Below are positions 56,407 to 64,000 of a DNA stretch of 64,000 bases, in pieces. Source of the stretch: Thermoproteota archaeon (GTDB lineage Archaea; Thermoproteota; Methanomethylicia; Methanomethylicales; Methanomethylicaceae). The translations under genes and the position numbers were made by a program. The DNA is taken from NCBI GenBank assembly GCA_016882195.1, contig VGLU01000002.1, positions 43,884 to 107,883 of the forward strand. The letters are read 5' to 3'. Each line of letters opens with the position of its first letter. Position 1 is the first letter of the stretch. Under the pieces are notes generated by a model that saw only the letters and a program-made list of their open reading frames with translations, made no database searches and was not told where the DNA came from.

Positions 56407-57867
56407 TTGGTAAGGGTGAACCCCTTGCCTAACAACTTCTACAGAAGGCTCATCGAGGCCTCCAACCTCTCCTCCTTCCGTGACCTCCTCATCGTCCCCG
56501 GCAGGTCAGAGGTCGAGCCCTCGCAGATAGCCATAGCCTCCACCTTCTCCACCAACATCAGGATCAACCTCCCATTTGTCTCGAGCCCCATGGACACCGT
56601 AACCGAGAGCAGGATGGCAGTCGCCCTCGCCCGCCTCGGGGGTCTTGGCGTCATCCACAGGAACATGAGCGCGGAGGAGCAGGTGGAGCAGGCGAAGAAG
56701 GTAAAGAGGGCCGAGTCCTTCATAATAAGGGACGTCTTCACCATATCCCCAGGCGCTAGGGTGAAGGACGCCATCGAGATAATGACCAAGAACAGCATCT
56801 CCGGCCTCCCGGTGGTGGAGGGCGAGCGCCTCGTGGGCATCTTGACGAAGAGGGACGTCTCCTTCGCGGAGATGGGCACGGACATCAGGAGCGTCATGAC
56901 GAAGAGGGTGATAACCGCCCCCCAGACCGTCACCGTCGAGGAGGCAAAGAGGACAATGCACGACCACCGGATTGAGAAGCTCCCGGTCGTGGATAAAGAC
57001 GGCAAGCTCCAAGGTCTCATAACCGTCAAGGACATCTACTCCCGCGAGAAGTACTCCTCAGCCACGAGGGACTCACAGGGTCGTCTGATGGTCGCCGCCG
57101 CTGTATCCCCCTTTGACCTGGAGCGGGCTAAGGCACTGGACAAATACGTGGACGCCTTGGTCAGCGACGTGGCGCACTTCCACAACTCGAACATCCTCGA
57201 CGCCGCGAGGAGAATGGCCAAGGAAGTATCCGCCGATCTTGTCATAGGCAATATCGGCACCGCGCAGGCTCTCAAGGACTCAGTCGGCGCCGTGGAGAGG
57301 GTGAACGGGGTCAGGGCCGGCATAGGATCCGGCTCCACGTGCATAACCTCGCAGGTCACAAAGGCCGGGGCTCCCACGCTCTTCGCCGTGGCTGAGATAG
57401 CCGACGTCCTTGAAGAGCTAAACCTGAAAATCCCAATAATCGCCGACGGGGGCATAAGGACACCGGGTGACGCCATGCTCGCCTTGGCTGTCGGTGCCTC
57501 GACCGTAATGATGGGCAACGTCTTCGCCGGCTGTAGCGAGTCGCCAGGGAACCTGATAAAGATAGGTGGGAAGTACTACAAGCCCATCCGGGGCATGGGC
57601 AGTCCATCGGCCCGCCAGAAGAGGTTCGCGGTGGACAGGTACGCCTCCATGGCAAAGGGCATAGCGGAGGGCGTGGAGGGGTACGTCCCCTACCGCGGTG
57701 ACCTCCAGATAGTCATGGACGAGTTCTCGGCCGGACTAAAGGCCGCCCTCGGGTACGCTGGGGCGAAAAACATCAAGGACCTCTGGGAGAAGGCGAGGTT
57801 CGGCACCGTCTCCAGCGCGGCGCTGGAGGGGGCGGGTGTGAGGGACCTCATGCTGCCAGGCGACTAG
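56407..57867 (+). CDS. guaB: Inosine-5'-monophosphate dehydrogenase.
   Basis: 486 aa. SSPMDTVTE, an inserted CBS pair, GIGSGSTCITS catalytic loop and C-terminal IMPDH motifs. Confidence 0.85.
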   Translation: MVRVNPLPNNFYRRLIEASNLSSFRDLLIVPGRSEVEPSQIAIASTFSTNIRINLPFVSSPMDTVTESRMAVALARLGGLGVIHRNMSAEEQVEQAKKVKRAESFIIRDVFTISPGARVKDAIEIMTKNSISGLPVVEGERLVGILTKRDVSFAEMGTDIRSVMTKRVITAPQTVTVEEAKRTMHDHRIEKLPVVDKDGKLQGLITVKDIYSREKYSSATRDSQGRLMVAAAVSPFDLERAKALDKYVDALVSDVAHFHNSNILDAARRMAKEVSADLVIGNIGTAQALKDSVGAVERVNGVRAGIGSGSTCITSQVTKAGAPTLFAVAEIADVLEELNLKIPIIADGGIRTPGDAMLALAVGASTVMMGNVFAGCSESPGNLIKIGGKYYKPIRGMGSPSARQKRFAVDRYASMAKGIAEGVEGYVPYRGDLQIVMDEFSAGLKAALGYAGAKNIKDLWEKARFGTVSSAALEGAGVRDLMLPGD

Positions 57868-57959
57868 TCTGCCTGATCGAGTTTAGCTCAAAAACCCTTT
57901 CGCATTATTTAGAATTGCTATCACACATGCACAGGTTCCAGCTTTCCCGGTTTCACCCA

Positions 57960-61050
<3,091 letters not shown>

Positions 61051-61208
61051 TAGTCTGGTGCCGGAAACACTGGAACCTGTGCACGGCGGTAATCGCAAGG
61101 CAGTCGTCGCCCTGCTGCGCCCTTCACTGGAGAGCTTCCTCCTCAGTTGCATGACTCATTGGACTCGATACCATCTTTCACGTATGGTTGGGGTTAGCGG
61201 GTCTTTCG

Positions 61209-62708
<1,500 letters not shown>

Positions 62709-63189
62709 AACGTCCGCAAGGCCCGTTATTACCCCAACCATATATCATGGTTGAATATCGAGTCCAACGTAAGACCTGAAGCAGCCCGACGGCGTTGGCG
62801 CCGGCGTTATTCAAGTCCCCATGAGTATTACCGCAGCCGGAGAGCGATCGATCACCCCTCGGGCTAGGGCCCGTCAGGTCACGACCAGCGCCGCCGATAG
62901 GCTGCGGCTAGTTGTTAGCACAGTTCGTGCAACCGTCTAACATGATGATCCTAAATATATCTGTTGCGCCTTGAACTTCTCCGCCTGTTTCTGAGATATT
63001 CGGCGTCGCGTTCTACACGCCACAATAAATTGCCGAAGCTTGATCCTCTCAGAATTGCCTAATACAATGCAAACTTTACCATGAGCGGTAAAAATTAAAT
63101 TGGCGCTATCCGGTACGATCTGCTGTGTTCCAGCTCTCTCATCTCTAAAATTAGTATAATATACCCCTTAATCCGAATAAAGTTGTAAA

Positions 63190-63531
63190 GTGATCGAAAT
63201 GTCTCAGGAGATTAGAGTCCAAAAAGGAGACTTGGTAAGGGTTCACTACATCGGGAAGTTTCAGGGTGGTAAGATATTCGACACATCCATGAGCAAGGTG
63301 GCGCAGAGCGCTGGCATGTTCAACCCGTCTAGGGACTACAGGCCGCTCCAAATTAAGGTTGGTACCGGGCAGGTAATACCAGGGTTCGAGGAGGCCCTGA
63401 TGGGGATGAGGGTCAATGAGGAGAAGACGGCCACCATACCGCCGGCAAAGGCCTACGGTGAGAAGGGCAAGCACCCGCTGGCCGGAAAGACCTTGGTCTT
63501 CACCCTCAAAATGATCGAGATAAAGCGCTAA
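63190..63531 (+). CDS. FKBP-type peptidyl-prolyl cis-trans isomerase (short form).
   Basis: 113 aa. VHYIGKFQGGKIFDTS...GQVIPGFEEALMGM signature. Confidence 0.8.
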   Translation: MIEMSQEIRVQKGDLVRVHYIGKFQGGKIFDTSMSKVAQSAGMFNPSRDYRPLQIKVGTGQVIPGFEEALMGMRVNEEKTATIPPAKAYGEKGKHPLAGKTLVFTLKMIEIKR

Positions 63532-63555
63532 GATTATGGTTCAACTGGCGCCGAC

Positions 63556-64000
63556 CTAATAGCATACCTTCTGCTCTTTTCCCCTCATAAGATAGGCGTA
63601 GGCGGATAAAATTGCCGTAGCGCCCTGCCCCGCGGCTATGATGGCTTGTGCATACGGCGTATCGGTTATGTCCCCTGCGGCAAATATCCCCTCGCAGCTC
63701 GTCCGCCCGGCTTTGTCGATGACTATCTTGCCTGCCTCGTTCGTCTCCACAAGATCTTTGATGTAGTCCAGCTTTATGTCCCTTCCAATGTCAAGGAAGA
63801 TTATGTCGACCTTCAGCTCCCTCAGCTCGTCGGTCTTCAGGTTCTTCACCAGCACGCTCTCGAGCCTCTCTCCTCCCCTCATCTCCACGACCAGTGAGTT
63901 GAGGACAAACTCGACGTTGGTGCACCTCTTCACGCTCTCCACGGTCACCTCGTCCGACCTGAACTGCTCCCTCCTGTGTATCAGGTAGACTTTGGCCGCA
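63556..64000 (-). CDS. trxB: Thioredoxin reductase-like FAD/NAD(P) oxidoreductase, C-terminal part. The gene continues beyond the window end.
   Basis: GIFAAGDITDTPYAQAIIAAGQGATAILSAYAYL is the TrxR C-terminal FAD motif. The in-frame upstream extension (..KVYLIHRREQFRS..) runs to the window edge. Confidence 0.7.
   Translation of the reverse strand, partial: AAKVYLIHRREQFRSDEVTVESVKRCTNVEFVLNSLVVEMRGGERLESVLVKNLKTDELRELKVDIIFLDIGRDIKLDYIKDLVETNEAGKIVIDKAGRTSCEGIFAAGDITDTPYAQAIIAAGQGATAILSAYAYLMRGKEQKVCY

Overview
Archaeal chromosomal segment at about 50-55% GC. PolD and introns at noncanonical tRNA positions suggest a TACK-like lineage; this is inference. The window contains a replication/transcription gene cluster, a lipid-biosynthesis gene pair, an archaeal mevalonate-pathway operon, translation and tRNA-modification genes, hydrogenase and ribonucleotide-reductase genes, seven tRNA genes (four with introns) and an RNase P RNA hidden under a spurious ORF. 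A 16S-23S rRNA operon sits on the minus strand with no tRNA in the ITS and no adjacent 5S. The most unusual feature is a 6.6-kb block (51.3-58.0 kb) immediately downstream of the 23S gene. It is delimited and internally punctuated by five same-orientation copies of the 23S 3'-terminal helix plus its trailer processing-stem half. The block carries a VapBC toxin-antitoxin pair, a frameshifted SRPBCC gene that terminates inside one repeat, a radical-SAM gene, two membrane proteins, apgM and IMPDH. This looks like repeated site-specific insertion at the 23S 3' end, or a cassette-like array using an rRNA-derived att site. A second accessory candidate is an AT-rich 2.8-kb island (40.6-43.4 kb) with three small winged-helix proteins and a 1.1-kb noncoding stretch. 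Other oddities: aTrm56 and Tsr3 have conserved N-termini encoded upstream of their first ATG with no canonical start codon (ATA sits at the expected start in both). A CBS gene is broken by a +1 frameshift in a poly-A run. tRNA-Leu(UAA) appears to have two 20-nt introns, and another tRNA has about 90 nt of intronic insertions. The NrdD-like protein has an N-terminal wHTH plus ATP-cone and no obvious glycyl-radical motif.
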